A stretch of 58,122 nucleotides of DNA from Chloroflexota bacterium (GTDB lineage: Bacteria > Chloroflexota > Anaerolineae > Promineifilales > Promineifilaceae), in the NCBI GenBank assembly GCA_012515125.1, contig JAAYYY010000081.1, positions 1 to 58,122 of the forward strand, read 5' to 3'. Made by a program: the position numbers and the translations under genes. Below the pieces are notes generated by a model, which made no database searches, had not been told where the DNA came from, and worked only from the letters and a program-made list of their open reading frames with translations. Positions 28,813-38,628 of the stretch are shown piece after piece. Position 1 is the first letter of the stretch; every line of letters begins with the position of its first letter.

Positions 28813-29789
28813 GAATCTCAATACCGCTGAACCGCATCAGGCCCGAGCTGACCAGCAGCCAAAACCGGGTGCGCTGGGAAAAGCTACGCAGTTTCCTCTT
28901 TGGCAGCCGCACCAGCTACGGCCTCGTGACCAACGTGCTGCTCTACATGGTGCTCATCGCCATCGGCTTCGTCTATCTCTACCCGCTGCTCTTCATGTTC
29001 GTCACCAGCCTGAAGAGCCCTACCGACCTGCTCAACCCGATGGTGCAGTGGATCCCGTCGGAAGTGTACGCGGGCAACTACGAAAAAGCGTTCCGGGTGC
29101 TCAATTATCCGCAAACGCTGGCGTCGTCGCTGCTGATCAGCGTCGTCCCGTCGCTCATCCAGGCGGTCGTCGCCTCCGTCGTCGGCTACGGGTTGGCCCG
29201 CTATCGCTTCCCGGGCAAGAACCTGATCCTGATCCTGCTGCTGGCGACGTTCATCATCCCGGCGCAGAACACGGTCATCCCGCAGATGCTGACCTACCGG
29301 CGCTATGGGCTGCTGGGCAGCATCTACTCGCTGATCCTGCCTGCGGTGGGTGGGCAGGGGTTCCGGAGCGCCATCTTTATTCTGATCTTCTACCAGACCT
29401 TCCAGTCGCTGCCCAAGGTGCTGGAAGAAGCGGCGCGGCTCGACGGCGCGTCGGACCTGACTATTTTTCTACGGATCGCCGTGCCGGCCGCCGTGCCGGC
29501 CTATATCATTTCCATCATCTTCTCCACCGTCTGGTACTGGAACGAGACCTACCTGACAGTGATCTTTCTCGAAGGCGGGATTCAATCCCTCCCGATGCAG
29601 TTGTCCAAGTTCGTGCAGGCCTATGAAAACCTGTACCCGCCGGGCACTGTCAATATCTTTGATCGTTTGAATGAGGCAGTTAAATTGAGCGGTACTTTTC
29701 TGAACATCCTCCCTCTGTTGATCATCTATTTTGTGCTGCAAAAGTGGTTCGTGGAATCTGTAGAAAGGTCAGGTGTTACTGGTCAATAA
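28809..29789 (+). CDS. Carbohydrate ABC transporter permease (pair B, second)
   Basis: ATGA start/stop overlap. EAA-loop LEEAARLDGASDLTIFLRIAVPAAVP. Confidence 0.85.
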   Translation: MRISIPLNRIRPELTSSQNRVRWEKLRSFLFGSRTSYGLVTNVLLYMVLIAIGFVYLYPLLFMFVTSLKSPTDLLNPMVQWIPSEVYAGNYEKAFRVLNYPQTLASSLLISVVPSLIQAVVASVVGYGLARYRFPGKNLILILLLATFIIPAQNTVIPQMLTYRRYGLLGSIYSLILPAVGGQGFRSAIFILIFYQTFQSLPKVLEEAARLDGASDLTIFLRIAVPAAVPAYIISIIFSTVWYWNETYLTVIFLEGGIQSLPMQLSKFVQAYENLYPPGTVNIFDRLNEAVKLSGTFLNILPLLIIYFVLQKWFVESVERSGVTGQ

Positions 29790-31125
29790 ACTCACAGCCT
29801 TCCTCCTGATAGCGTTGCTCCACCTGACCGGTTGCTCGGCGCCAGAGGACCACGCCACGGCGGGGACGATTCCGGCATCTCCGCCGGCCGTTGCCGCCGC
29901 CCCAGAACAGGCCGCCAATGAGGAGGTCATCGACTACGAGACAGCCGGCTCGTTCGCCTTCTTCTGGGAGCAGGCCAACACCGACGCGAGCAGCCCCGGC
30001 TATGGGCTGATCCGCGACCGCTACCCGGGCGCGCCCGGCGTCGCCAGTATCGCCGCCGTCGGCTTTGGCCTGACAGCCTACGCGGTCGGCGTGGACAAAG
30101 GTTACATCACGCTTGAAGAAGGGTACGAGCGCGCCAACGGCACGCTGGACACACTGCTGGGGATGGAGCGCGTCGAGGGCTTCTACTACCATTTTGTAGA
30201 CATGAACACGACCGAGCGCGTCTGGCAGAGCGAGGTATCGTCCATCGACACCGCGATTCTGGTCATCGGCGCGCTCGCCGCCGGAGAGTATTTCGGAGGC
30301 GACGTACAGCGCAAGGCCGCCGAGCTATATAGGGGCGTCAACTGGCCGTGGTTTGTGGACGCGTCGCGCCAGATGTTCTACATGGCCTACCGACCGGAAG
30401 AGGGTTTCTCCGGTCATTGGGACTACTACGCCGAACAGCTCATGCTCTACGTCCTCGCCGCCGGCTCGGAAAGCTACCCGGTAAACGACACGACCTACTA
30501 CCGCTTCACCCGCCACTACGCCCGCTACGGCGACGGCGAGGCGTTCATGCACTCCTGGTTCGGCTCGATTTTCACCTACCAGTACAGCCACGCCTGGATC
30601 GACTTCCGTGGCTACACCGACGCCGAAGGTGCGGACTGGTTCCAGAACTCGGTTGATGCCTCTCTGGCGCACGTCCAGTTCGCCACGGACGTGGACGAGC
30701 AGTACGAGACGCTGGGCCCCGACGCCTGGGGGCTGACCGCCTGCGACGGTCCCGACGGATACAACGGGCTCTATGGCGCGCCGCCGTCCGGGGCAGACAA
30801 TACGGCGCACCTGGTTGACGACACGGTGGCTCCGGCCGGCGCCATCGGCTCGATCATCTTTGTGCCCGAACATGCGCAGCGGGCGATGCGCAACTACTAC
30901 ACCATCGAGCCGCTGAAGGGGGAGTATGGCTTCCGCGACGCATACAACCTGACCGAGGCGTGGTACGCGCCCGACGTGATCGGCATCGACAAGGGCATCA
31001 GCCTGCTCATGCTCGCCAATCATGAGAATGGTTTTGTTCACCGCATCACGATGCAGAACGCGCAGATCCTGGACGGCCTGGCGCGTCTGGGAATTGAGAA
31101 GAACGGAATGGGTACCGGCTCATGA
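29773..31125 (+). CDS. GH144-like (glucoamylase-family, PF10091-type) lipoprotein; candidate endo-beta-1,2-glucanase
   Basis: 450 aa. Lipobox LHLTGCS. FFWEQAN...GYGLIRDRYPG...ASIAAVGFGLTAY...GFYYHFVDM...SSIDTAIL matches my recollection of the GH144 / putative-glucoamylase family. Confidence 0.65.
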   Translation: MLLVNKLTAFLLIALLHLTGCSAPEDHATAGTIPASPPAVAAAPEQAANEEVIDYETAGSFAFFWEQANTDASSPGYGLIRDRYPGAPGVASIAAVGFGLTAYAVGVDKGYITLEEGYERANGTLDTLLGMERVEGFYYHFVDMNTTERVWQSEVSSIDTAILVIGALAAGEYFGGDVQRKAAELYRGVNWPWFVDASRQMFYMAYRPEEGFSGHWDYYAEQLMLYVLAAGSESYPVNDTTYYRFTRHYARYGDGEAFMHSWFGSIFTYQYSHAWIDFRGYTDAEGADWFQNSVDASLAHVQFATDVDEQYETLGPDAWGLTACDGPDGYNGLYGAPPSGADNTAHLVDDTVAPAGAIGSIIFVPEHAQRAMRNYYTIEPLKGEYGFRDAYNLTEAWYAPDVIGIDKGISLLMLANHENGFVHRITMQNAQILDGLARLGIEKNGMGTGS

Positions 31126-32102
31126 CGACCATCGCAGACGTAGCCCGGCGCGCCGGGGTCAGTATCGCCGCCGCTTCCTATGCGCTCAACGGCACAGGGA
31201 CGATCAGCGACGACACGCGGAAACGGGTCCTGGCGGCAGCCGAGGAGCTGAACTATTACCCCAATGCGTCGGCCAGGAATCTCAAGCGCGGCCATACGAT
31301 GACGATCGGCGTCTTCATCACGCGCTTCGGCGGCAATTTCTACGAAGAGATTCTGGAAGGCATTCACGACGCCGTGCTGAAGACGGAGTACGAGCTGATG
31401 GTCTGCCCGGAGAGCCACTCTCCCCCCGCGCTGCTCACCCAGCGGCAGGTAGACGGGGCCATCGTCTTTGACTCGAAGACAAAGAGCGAGACGTTGCTCA
31501 AGCTTGCCTCCAAGCGTTTTCCGATCGTCACCCTGGACCGCTCCCTGGACTCCGAAAACATCTTCCCCCTGCTGCTGGACAATGAAAAGGGAGCGACCGA
31601 GGCTTTCTACCATCTCTACGAGCAGGGGGCGCGGCGCATCAGCTTCGTCTCCGGGGCGCCGGACTCGCTCGACAACTGGGAGCGGATGCGCGCCTTCAGG
31701 CGCGAGGCCGCCCGGCACGACGTTGACGTTCGCCTGCATTACGGCGACTTCACCGAGAAGTCTGGCTACCGGGTCGCGCAGTCGATCGTCGAAAGCGGCG
31801 TCCTGCCGGAGGCCGTTTTCTGCGCCAATGACCAGATGGCGATTGGTTTCATCAAGGCAATGAGGGAAGCCCACCTGCGCGTGCCGGAGGATATCGCGGT
31901 AGTCGGCTTCGACGACATTCTCATCGCCGCCTACATGCAGCCTTCGCTCTCCACGATTGGCGCCTCGCGCACGGAATGGGGCGCTACTGCGGCGCAGGTG
32001 CTGATCCGATTCCTTGAAAACGACCGTTCATTCCCCAAGCCCTTCCGGATCAGCACCCGGCTAATCGAGAGGGAATCGTCAAAGGTGAGACATCTTGAAT
32101 AG
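31122..32102 (+). CDS. LacI-family transcriptional regulator
   Basis: N-terminal HTH TIADVARRAGVSIAAASYALNG...RKRVLAAAEELNYYPNASARNLKRG, followed by a periplasmic-binding-protein-like sugar-binding core. Confidence 0.9.
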   Translation: MTTIADVARRAGVSIAAASYALNGTGTISDDTRKRVLAAAEELNYYPNASARNLKRGHTMTIGVFITRFGGNFYEEILEGIHDAVLKTEYELMVCPESHSPPALLTQRQVDGAIVFDSKTKSETLLKLASKRFPIVTLDRSLDSENIFPLLLDNEKGATEAFYHLYEQGARRISFVSGAPDSLDNWERMRAFRREAARHDVDVRLHYGDFTEKSGYRVAQSIVESGVLPEAVFCANDQMAIGFIKAMREAHLRVPEDIAVVGFDDILIAAYMQPSLSTIGASRTEWGATAAQVLIRFLENDRSFPKPFRISTRLIERESSKVRHLE

Positions 32103-34401
32103 CTTCTCTGTAAAAGATGGACATTTCTGGCTCGATGGTCAGCCGCAGCTGATCGAGGCCGGGGAGTTCCATTATTTCCGCACGCCAAAGGACCAGTGGC
32201 CCCACCGGCTGGGCCTGCTGAAAGAGGCCGGCCTGGATACCGTCGCTACCTACATCCCCTGGCTCTGGCACGAGCTTGACGAGGGCGTGACCGACCTCGA
32301 CGGCCACAGCCATCCGATGCGCGATCTGGCCGGGTTCCTCGACCTCGCGGCCGACATGGGCTTTCTGATCATCCCGCGCCCAGGGCCGTACATCATGGCG
32401 GAGACGATTAACGAGGGCATTCCGCCGTGGCTGTTCCGACGCTACCCACAGGCCGCCTTTATCAGCCAGGACGAAAAGGTCCAGAACCTGGCCAGCTATC
32501 TGCACCCGGACTTCCTGGCCTGCGTGAAGAAATGGTACGCTGCCGTGCTCGCCGTCCTGGCCCCCCGGCAGGTCACGCGAGGCGGGCGGATCATTATGTG
32601 GCAGATGGACAACGAGATGGGCATGGCCCATTGGGTCCGCAATATCTTCGACATCAACCCGGACACCCTCGCCCGCTTCGCCGCCTATCTCCGGCGCACC
32701 TACGGCGACCGGCTGCCGGCGCTTTATCCGGCGGACGATCTACCCGCCTTCCTGCGCGAGGGGGTTGTGCGCCCGGCCGAGCCGCACGGGACGCGTATCG
32801 TACACGATTACCGGCGCTTCTACCGGGAGTATCTGCGTGAATATGCCGAATTTCTCTGCACAGAAGCCCGCGCCAACGGCATGGAGGTTCCGCCCATCGT
32901 CAACATTCATGGCTTCTCCAACCACGCGGAGGGCCGATCCTTCCCCATCGGCCTCTCACAGCTCATCCAGGTCATCGAGATGCCGGGCATGGTCAGCGCG
33001 ACCGACGTCTATCCGATGCACATCGACGAGGGCAACTTCCACCAGCTTGTGTTCGTCAACGAGGCGACGAAGGCCGTGCAAAACCCCGAACAGCCCCTCT
33101 TTTCGGTCGAGTTCCAGTCGGGCGGCATCAACGACTTCAGCGGGCAGCAAACGTCGCTGCCGGACCTGCACAGCCGGCTCTGTCTCTCGGTGGGTATGCG
33201 CGCTTTCAACCACTACTCCTTCTTCGCAGGGGAAAACGACCCCGTTCTCAGCCCGGTGCGGCGCCACGACTGGGGGCCACCGGTGCGCCTCGACGGCACG
33301 GTGCGCCGCCACTACACTCGCTATCGCCGTCTCTGCAGCGTGTTGCGGTCCTATGGCGACGACCTGACTCTGGCCCAGCCGGTTACCGTCGCCACGGTCG
33401 GTTTCCTGCTCGACGACTTCATGACCGAGATTAACAACGCCTTTACCAAAGAGGAGACGCGCATCCTCACCCACCAGCGCCAATGTATCCTCTTCGACCA
33501 GATTGCACGCGGACTGGCCCTCACCCATCGCCCCTTCAGGGCCGTCGAGCTGGCCCGCGCCGATCTGGGCGTCGCCGAGACGCCCTTCCTCTGCGCAATG
33601 ATCGACAAGAAGTGCCCCGCTGCCGTCCAGCAGAAGCTGGTCGATTACGTGCGCGAGGGCGGGCGACTGTTCCTGGCGGGCCGCATCCCTGAGACGGGCG
33701 GCGACGGCGAACCGTGTACGATTCTCCAGAACGCGCTGGGCATCGAGCAGGTTGAGAGCGACCCGCAGCCGTTCGCCGAACGCGTTATCAGCGCGCTGTC
33801 TTATCCCTGGGTTCCCGTCACCTTCCTGGAGCGCTACAGCGGCGCGTTCGACGAGGTCTTCGCTACGGACGAAACCGGCAGGACGGTGGGCTTCATGCAG
33901 CAGCTCGGCGAGGGGGCGGTCATCCTGTTTGGCGCGGCTCTGCCCGCTTTCACGCTGGAAGACCTCGATATCTTCCACCAGCTCGCCCTGAAGCTGGACT
34001 GCGCTCCCGTTTTCACGCTGAGCGACTGGGCCGACGTGCGCCTCAGTCGCGGCGACGGGGGCAGCTTCCTCTACGTCAACAACTACCAGGACGACCCGCT
34101 CACCACGACGATCCAGATGAACGGCGAGATGCTCTTCGGCGGGAATCCCGTTTGCCTGCCGGCCCGCCGGGGGCTGATCCTGCCCCTCGAATGGCGGCCC
34201 GGCGAGGGCGTTCTCGTCCACTACATCACCGGCGAGGTCGTGGCGATCGAGGAGGACGAGAGCGGGATGACGTTGAGCGTCGTGCCCGACGAGTTCGCCG
34301 CCGAGCTGACCCTGACCGGCTACCGCACTGACGGCGACGATGGGCAGGTGCAGATCAGGCGCGCAGACGGCCGGATTGTCCTGCACAAGGACGGCAACTG
34401 A
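32095..34401 (+). CDS. GH35-like beta-galactosidase family protein
   Basis: 768 aa. GEFHYFRTPKDQWPHRLGLLKEAGLDTVATYIPWLWHE and WQMDNEMG (acid/base region) resemble GH35. TTG start. No signal peptide. Confidence 0.65.
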   Translation: MNSFSVKDGHFWLDGQPQLIEAGEFHYFRTPKDQWPHRLGLLKEAGLDTVATYIPWLWHELDEGVTDLDGHSHPMRDLAGFLDLAADMGFLIIPRPGPYIMAETINEGIPPWLFRRYPQAAFISQDEKVQNLASYLHPDFLACVKKWYAAVLAVLAPRQVTRGGRIIMWQMDNEMGMAHWVRNIFDINPDTLARFAAYLRRTYGDRLPALYPADDLPAFLREGVVRPAEPHGTRIVHDYRRFYREYLREYAEFLCTEARANGMEVPPIVNIHGFSNHAEGRSFPIGLSQLIQVIEMPGMVSATDVYPMHIDEGNFHQLVFVNEATKAVQNPEQPLFSVEFQSGGINDFSGQQTSLPDLHSRLCLSVGMRAFNHYSFFAGENDPVLSPVRRHDWGPPVRLDGTVRRHYTRYRRLCSVLRSYGDDLTLAQPVTVATVGFLLDDFMTEINNAFTKEETRILTHQRQCILFDQIARGLALTHRPFRAVELARADLGVAETPFLCAMIDKKCPAAVQQKLVDYVREGGRLFLAGRIPETGGDGEPCTILQNALGIEQVESDPQPFAERVISALSYPWVPVTFLERYSGAFDEVFATDETGRTVGFMQQLGEGAVILFGAALPAFTLEDLDIFHQLALKLDCAPVFTLSDWADVRLSRGDGGSFLYVNNYQDDPLTTTIQMNGEMLFGGNPVCLPARRGLILPLEWRPGEGVLVHYITGEVVAIEEDESGMTLSVVPDEFAAELTLTGYRTDGDDGQVQIRRADGRIVLHKDGN

Positions 34402-34406
34402 CGGCC

Positions 34407-35882
34407 ATGCGCTTGCTCTATATCGACATCGACAGCCTGCGGCCCGACCACCTGGGCTGTTACGGCTATCATCGCCAGACCAGCCCCAACATCGACCGGC
34501 TGGCCGGGGAGGGCGTGCGCTTCACGAACGTCTACGCCTCTGACGCGCCCTGCCTGCCGTCACGGACAGCCCTGTGGAGCGGGCGGACGGGCTTTCATAA
34601 TGGCGTCGTCAGCCACGGTGGGGCGAGGGCCCAGCCCTTCCCCCAGGGCCCGGACACCGGCGACCGCGCCAACGTCTTTACGACGACGGGCTGGATGGGC
34701 GCGCTGGCTAAGCTGGGCATGAAGACGGCGACGATCAGCCCCTTTGGCCAGCGCCACGCCGCCTGGCACTGGTATGCAGGCTACAACGAAATCTACAACA
34801 CGGGCAAGTACGGCGACGAGCTGGCCGACGACATCATGCCCGTCGCCTTCGACTGGCTGGAGCGCAACGGGACGGGCGAAGAGTGGTTCCTGCACGTGAA
34901 CCTCTGGGACCCGCACACCCCCTACCGCACACCGGCCTCCTTCGGCGAGCCGTTTGCGGACGAGCCGCTGCCCGCCTGGCTGACGGAGGACGTGTGGCGC
35001 CGGTCCTGGGAAGGCTTCGGCCCGCACAGCCCGCAGGAGCCGAACTGGTTGTGGGGCAAGGTCAACGAGCGCTTCCCGCGCCAGCCCGACCTCATTGATT
35101 CCATGGAAGCCATGCGCCAGTGGGTGAACGGGTATGACACCGGCATCCGCTACGCCGACGAATGGATCGGCCGGCTCATGGAGAGGCTGCACAGGCTGGG
35201 CATCTACGAGGAGACGATCATCGTCGTCAGCGCCGACCACGGCGAGAATATCGGCGAGCTGAACGTCTGGGGCGACCACCAGACGGCGGACCATATCACC
35301 TGCAACGTCCCGTTGATCATCCGCTACCCCGGCACAGGCGGGCAGGCGCGGGTGGACACGGCGTTCCACTACCATTTCGACTGGGCGGCGACGATCGTCG
35401 AGCTGCTTGGCGGCGACGTGCCGGCCAACTGGGATGCCGTCTCCTTCGCCCCGGCCTTCCGCATGGGCGAACAGGCGGGCCGCGACTTCCTCGTCACTTC
35501 CCAGGGAGCGTGGGCCTGCCAGCGTGGGGTACGCTTCCGCTCCGGCGGGCAGAATTACCTCTTTCTGCGCACCTACCACGACGGCTTCAAAGAGCTGGAG
35601 CCGCTGATGCTCTTTAACCTGGACGACGACCTCTATCTACAACAGGACCTGGCAGCGGAGGAACCCGGCGTGGTAGCCGAGGCCCAGAGCCTGCTGGAGA
35701 GCTGGACCACGGAGCAGATGTTGACGAGCGAGACAGACGTGGACCCGCTGATGACCGTACTACGCGAAGGCGGCCCGTTTTACACGCGCGGCTACCTGCC
35801 CCGTTACATCGAACGACTTAAACGCACCGGCCGCGAGGACCACGCCGTGCGGCTGGCCCGTATCCACCGCGATGAGCTATAG
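34407..35882 (+). CDS. Sulfatase-family (alkaline-phosphatase superfamily) enzyme
   Basis: 491 aa. N-terminus IDIDSLRPDHLGCYG. The formylglycine motif C-x-P-x-R is present as APCLPSRTALWSGR. No signal peptide. Confidence 0.8.
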   Translation: MRLLYIDIDSLRPDHLGCYGYHRQTSPNIDRLAGEGVRFTNVYASDAPCLPSRTALWSGRTGFHNGVVSHGGARAQPFPQGPDTGDRANVFTTTGWMGALAKLGMKTATISPFGQRHAAWHWYAGYNEIYNTGKYGDELADDIMPVAFDWLERNGTGEEWFLHVNLWDPHTPYRTPASFGEPFADEPLPAWLTEDVWRRSWEGFGPHSPQEPNWLWGKVNERFPRQPDLIDSMEAMRQWVNGYDTGIRYADEWIGRLMERLHRLGIYEETIIVVSADHGENIGELNVWGDHQTADHITCNVPLIIRYPGTGGQARVDTAFHYHFDWAATIVELLGGDVPANWDAVSFAPAFRMGEQAGRDFLVTSQGAWACQRGVRFRSGGQNYLFLRTYHDGFKELEPLMLFNLDDDLYLQQDLAAEEPGVVAEAQSLLESWTTEQMLTSETDVDPLMTVLREGGPFYTRGYLPRYIERLKRTGREDHAVRLARIHRDEL

Positions 35883-35906
35883 ACACCACAATCCCTGAGG
35901 CGCCAA

Positions 35907-38189
35907 ATGACAACCACTTTGCAAGAAACCGTCGCTTACTACAACAATCTGGACCCCGAAACCGAGAAGCGGGTCGATGCCCTTCTGGCGCAGATGACCC
36001 TGGTGGAAAAGATCGGCCAGCTCGTGCAGCTCAATCCCTTCGCCCCCTTTGACCCTGACGACTACGAGGCGAAAAAGCGCGAAGCGGAAGAAGCGGGCGC
36101 GCCGTTTGAGTATGAGCCCCGGCTGCGCGACGACATGGAGGATCTGCTGCGCGGCGGGCGCATTGGCTCTTTCCTCAACGTGATGACGCCGAAGGTGATC
36201 AACCATTGCCAGCGCATCGCCGTGGAGGAGTCCCGGCTGGGCATCCCGCTGCTCGTGGGGGCAGACGTGATCCACGGCTACCGCACTATCTTTCCCATCC
36301 CGCTCGCCGAGGCGAGCACCTGGAACCCCGACCTGCTGGAGCGCGCTTCGCGTGTGGCCGCCGAAGAAGCGTCCGCAGCCGGCGTGGACTGGATATTTGC
36401 GCCGATGGTGGACGTCAGCCGCGACCCACGGTGGGGGCGCATCGCCGAAGGGGCCGGCGAGGACCCGTTCCTGGGGATGGCGATGGCCCGTGCCCGCGTG
36501 CGCGGCTTCCAGACTACCGGCCTGACCAGCGGGCGCAACGTTGCCGCCTGCCCCAAACACTACGTGGGCTACGGCGCCGCCGAGGGCGGGCGCGACTACA
36601 ACACCGTCGATTTCTCCGAGCGCACCCTGCGCGACGTCTACCTGCCGCCGTTTAAAGCGGCATTCGAGTCGGGGGCGGGCGCCGTTATGAGCTCCTTCAA
36701 CGAGCTTGGCGGCCTGCCTGTGACGGCCAACCCCTCTATCCTGCGGACGATTCTACGCGACGAGTGGCAGTGGCCCGGCGTCGTCCTGAGCGACTACGAC
36801 GCCGTGCGCGAGCTGATCCCCCACGGCGTCGCCGCCAACCTGCGAGAGGCTGCCCGCCTGAGCATCCTGGCAGGGCTGGACATCGAGATGGTCAGCACCG
36901 CCTATCACGACCACCTTGCGGACCTGGTGACGGCGGGCGAGGTGCCCGAAGCGCTGGTGGACGAGGCGGTGCGCCGCGTGCTGCGCCTCAAGTTCCGCCT
37001 TGGCCTCTTCGAGCGCCCCTATACCGACGAGTCGCTACACGACGCCGTCATTCTCCAGCCGGCATTCCGCGAGCTGGCCCTGGAGACAGCGCGGGAATCG
37101 ATGGTTTTGCTGCAGAACGAGGACAACATCCTGCCCCTCTCCCCGGACGTCCGCCTGACGGTGATCGGGCCGCTGGCAGACAACCGCGCCGATATGTTGG
37201 GCTGCTGGTCTTTACATAACCACCCTGAAGACGTAGAAACCGTTCTGGAGGGGCTGTCTGCCTACCTGCCCGGCGACACCTGGAGCTACCAACCCGGCTG
37301 CCCCATCCGCGACGACCGGACGGACGGGAGCGGCATCGAGACGGACATCCCGGCGGCGGTCGCCGCAACGCGCGAGGCCGACGTGGTGCTCCTGGTGCTG
37401 GGCGAGAGCGCCGACATGAGCGGCGAAAGCCATTCGCGGACCACGCTGGGCCTGCCCGGCCGGCAGCAGGAGCTGGTTGACGCCATCGCCGAGACAGGCA
37501 AGCCGATGGTCTGCGTGTTGATGAGCGGCCGGCCGCTGGTCATCCCGCGTCTGGCGGCGCAGGTCAAGGGGCTGCTGGTCGCCTGGCACGCCGGCATCCG
37601 CGCCGGGCGGGCCGTCGCCGATCTGCTCTTCGGCGCGGCGAACCCGTCGGGCAGGCTCACGGCAAGCTGGCCGCGCTCGGAGGGGCAGATTCCGGTGTAC
37701 TACGCGCACAAGAGCACAGGCCGCCCGGCCGCCGAGTCGGGCACACGCCAGTTTGCCGAAGCCTTCAAATCGGTCTACATGGACGAGCCCAATTCGCCGC
37801 TGTTCCCCTTCGGCTACGGCCTCAGCTATACCACGTTCACCTATGCGAACCTGCAGATCGCCGAGTCTATGCTGGGGCCGGACGACACTTTGCGGGTCTC
37901 CGTGACGATTACGAACAGCGGCGACCGGGCGGGCGCGGAAGTCGTGCAGCTCTACGTGCGCGATCTCGTCGCCTGCGTCACCCGTCCCGTGCGCGAGCTG
38001 AAGGGCTTCCAGAAGATCTGGCTGCAGCCCGGCGAGCAGCGCACCGTCTCTTTTGAAGTCCCGGTGCGCGACCTCGGCTTTAGCGGCCTGGATATGCAGT
38101 ACACCGTCGAGCCGGGCGACTTCAAGCTGTGGGTAGGCCCCAACGCGGTCGACGGGCTGGAGGGGGCGTTCAGGGTGTGTGAGGCGTAG
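35907..38189 (+). CDS. GH3 beta-glucosidase (BglX-type, with C-terminal Fn3-like domain)
   Basis: 760 aa. GADVIHGYRTIFP, KHYVGYGAAEGGRDYN, the nucleophile region VVLSDYDAV, and the C-terminal module EVVQLYVRD...RELKGFQKIWLQPGE. Confidence 0.9.
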   Translation: MTTTLQETVAYYNNLDPETEKRVDALLAQMTLVEKIGQLVQLNPFAPFDPDDYEAKKREAEEAGAPFEYEPRLRDDMEDLLRGGRIGSFLNVMTPKVINHCQRIAVEESRLGIPLLVGADVIHGYRTIFPIPLAEASTWNPDLLERASRVAAEEASAAGVDWIFAPMVDVSRDPRWGRIAEGAGEDPFLGMAMARARVRGFQTTGLTSGRNVAACPKHYVGYGAAEGGRDYNTVDFSERTLRDVYLPPFKAAFESGAGAVMSSFNELGGLPVTANPSILRTILRDEWQWPGVVLSDYDAVRELIPHGVAANLREAARLSILAGLDIEMVSTAYHDHLADLVTAGEVPEALVDEAVRRVLRLKFRLGLFERPYTDESLHDAVILQPAFRELALETARESMVLLQNEDNILPLSPDVRLTVIGPLADNRADMLGCWSLHNHPEDVETVLEGLSAYLPGDTWSYQPGCPIRDDRTDGSGIETDIPAAVAATREADVVLLVLGESADMSGESHSRTTLGLPGRQQELVDAIAETGKPMVCVLMSGRPLVIPRLAAQVKGLLVAWHAGIRAGRAVADLLFGAANPSGRLTASWPRSEGQIPVYYAHKSTGRPAAESGTRQFAEAFKSVYMDEPNSPLFPFGYGLSYTTFTYANLQIAESMLGPDDTLRVSVTITNSGDRAGAEVVQLYVRDLVACVTRPVRELKGFQKIWLQPGEQRTVSFEVPVRDLGFSGLDMQYTVEPGDFKLWVGPNAVDGLEGAFRVCEA

Positions 38190-38203
38190 GGTTTTGAAGG
38201 GGG

Positions 38204-38626
38204 TTATTCGCCCTGCAGCGTCACGAGCAGCCGGCGCTCGCCGCCGCGGTCGCGGTGTTCGCAGAGGTAGATGCCCTGCCACACACCCAGGGCCAGCCGG
38301 CCGTGGCGGATGGGCAGGGTGAGGCTGCTGCCCAGCAGGACGGTCTTGATGTGGGCCGGCATATCGTCCGGCCCCTCGGCCGTGTGCTCGAAATAGGGGG
38401 CGTTCTCCGGCGCGAGGCGGTCGAAGTAGCGGGCCATGTCGGCGCGCACCGTCGGGTCGGCGTTTTCGTTGAGCGCCAGCGACGCCGATGTGTGCTGAAG
38501 GAGGAAGTGGGCCAGCCCGACCTCGAACTCCCGCAGCTCCGGGAGCTGGGCGACGATTTCCTCGGTAACGAGATGGAAGCCGCGCGGGCGGGGGCGCAGC
38601 CGCAGCTCGCGTTGCAGCCAGGACAT
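38204..38626 (-). CDS. yjbQ: YjbQ/UPF0047 family protein (secondary thiamine-phosphate synthase-type)
   Basis: 140 aa. [19 protein letters not shown]...[36 protein letters not shown]. Confidence 0.85.
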   Translation of the reverse strand: MSWLQRELRLRPRPRGFHLVTEEIVAQLPELREFEVGLAHFLLQHTSASLALNENADPTVRADMARYFDRLAPENAPYFEHTAEGPDDMPAHIKTVLLGSSLTLPIRHGRLALGVWQGIYLCEHRDRGGERRLLVTLQGE

Positions 38627-38628
38627 AG

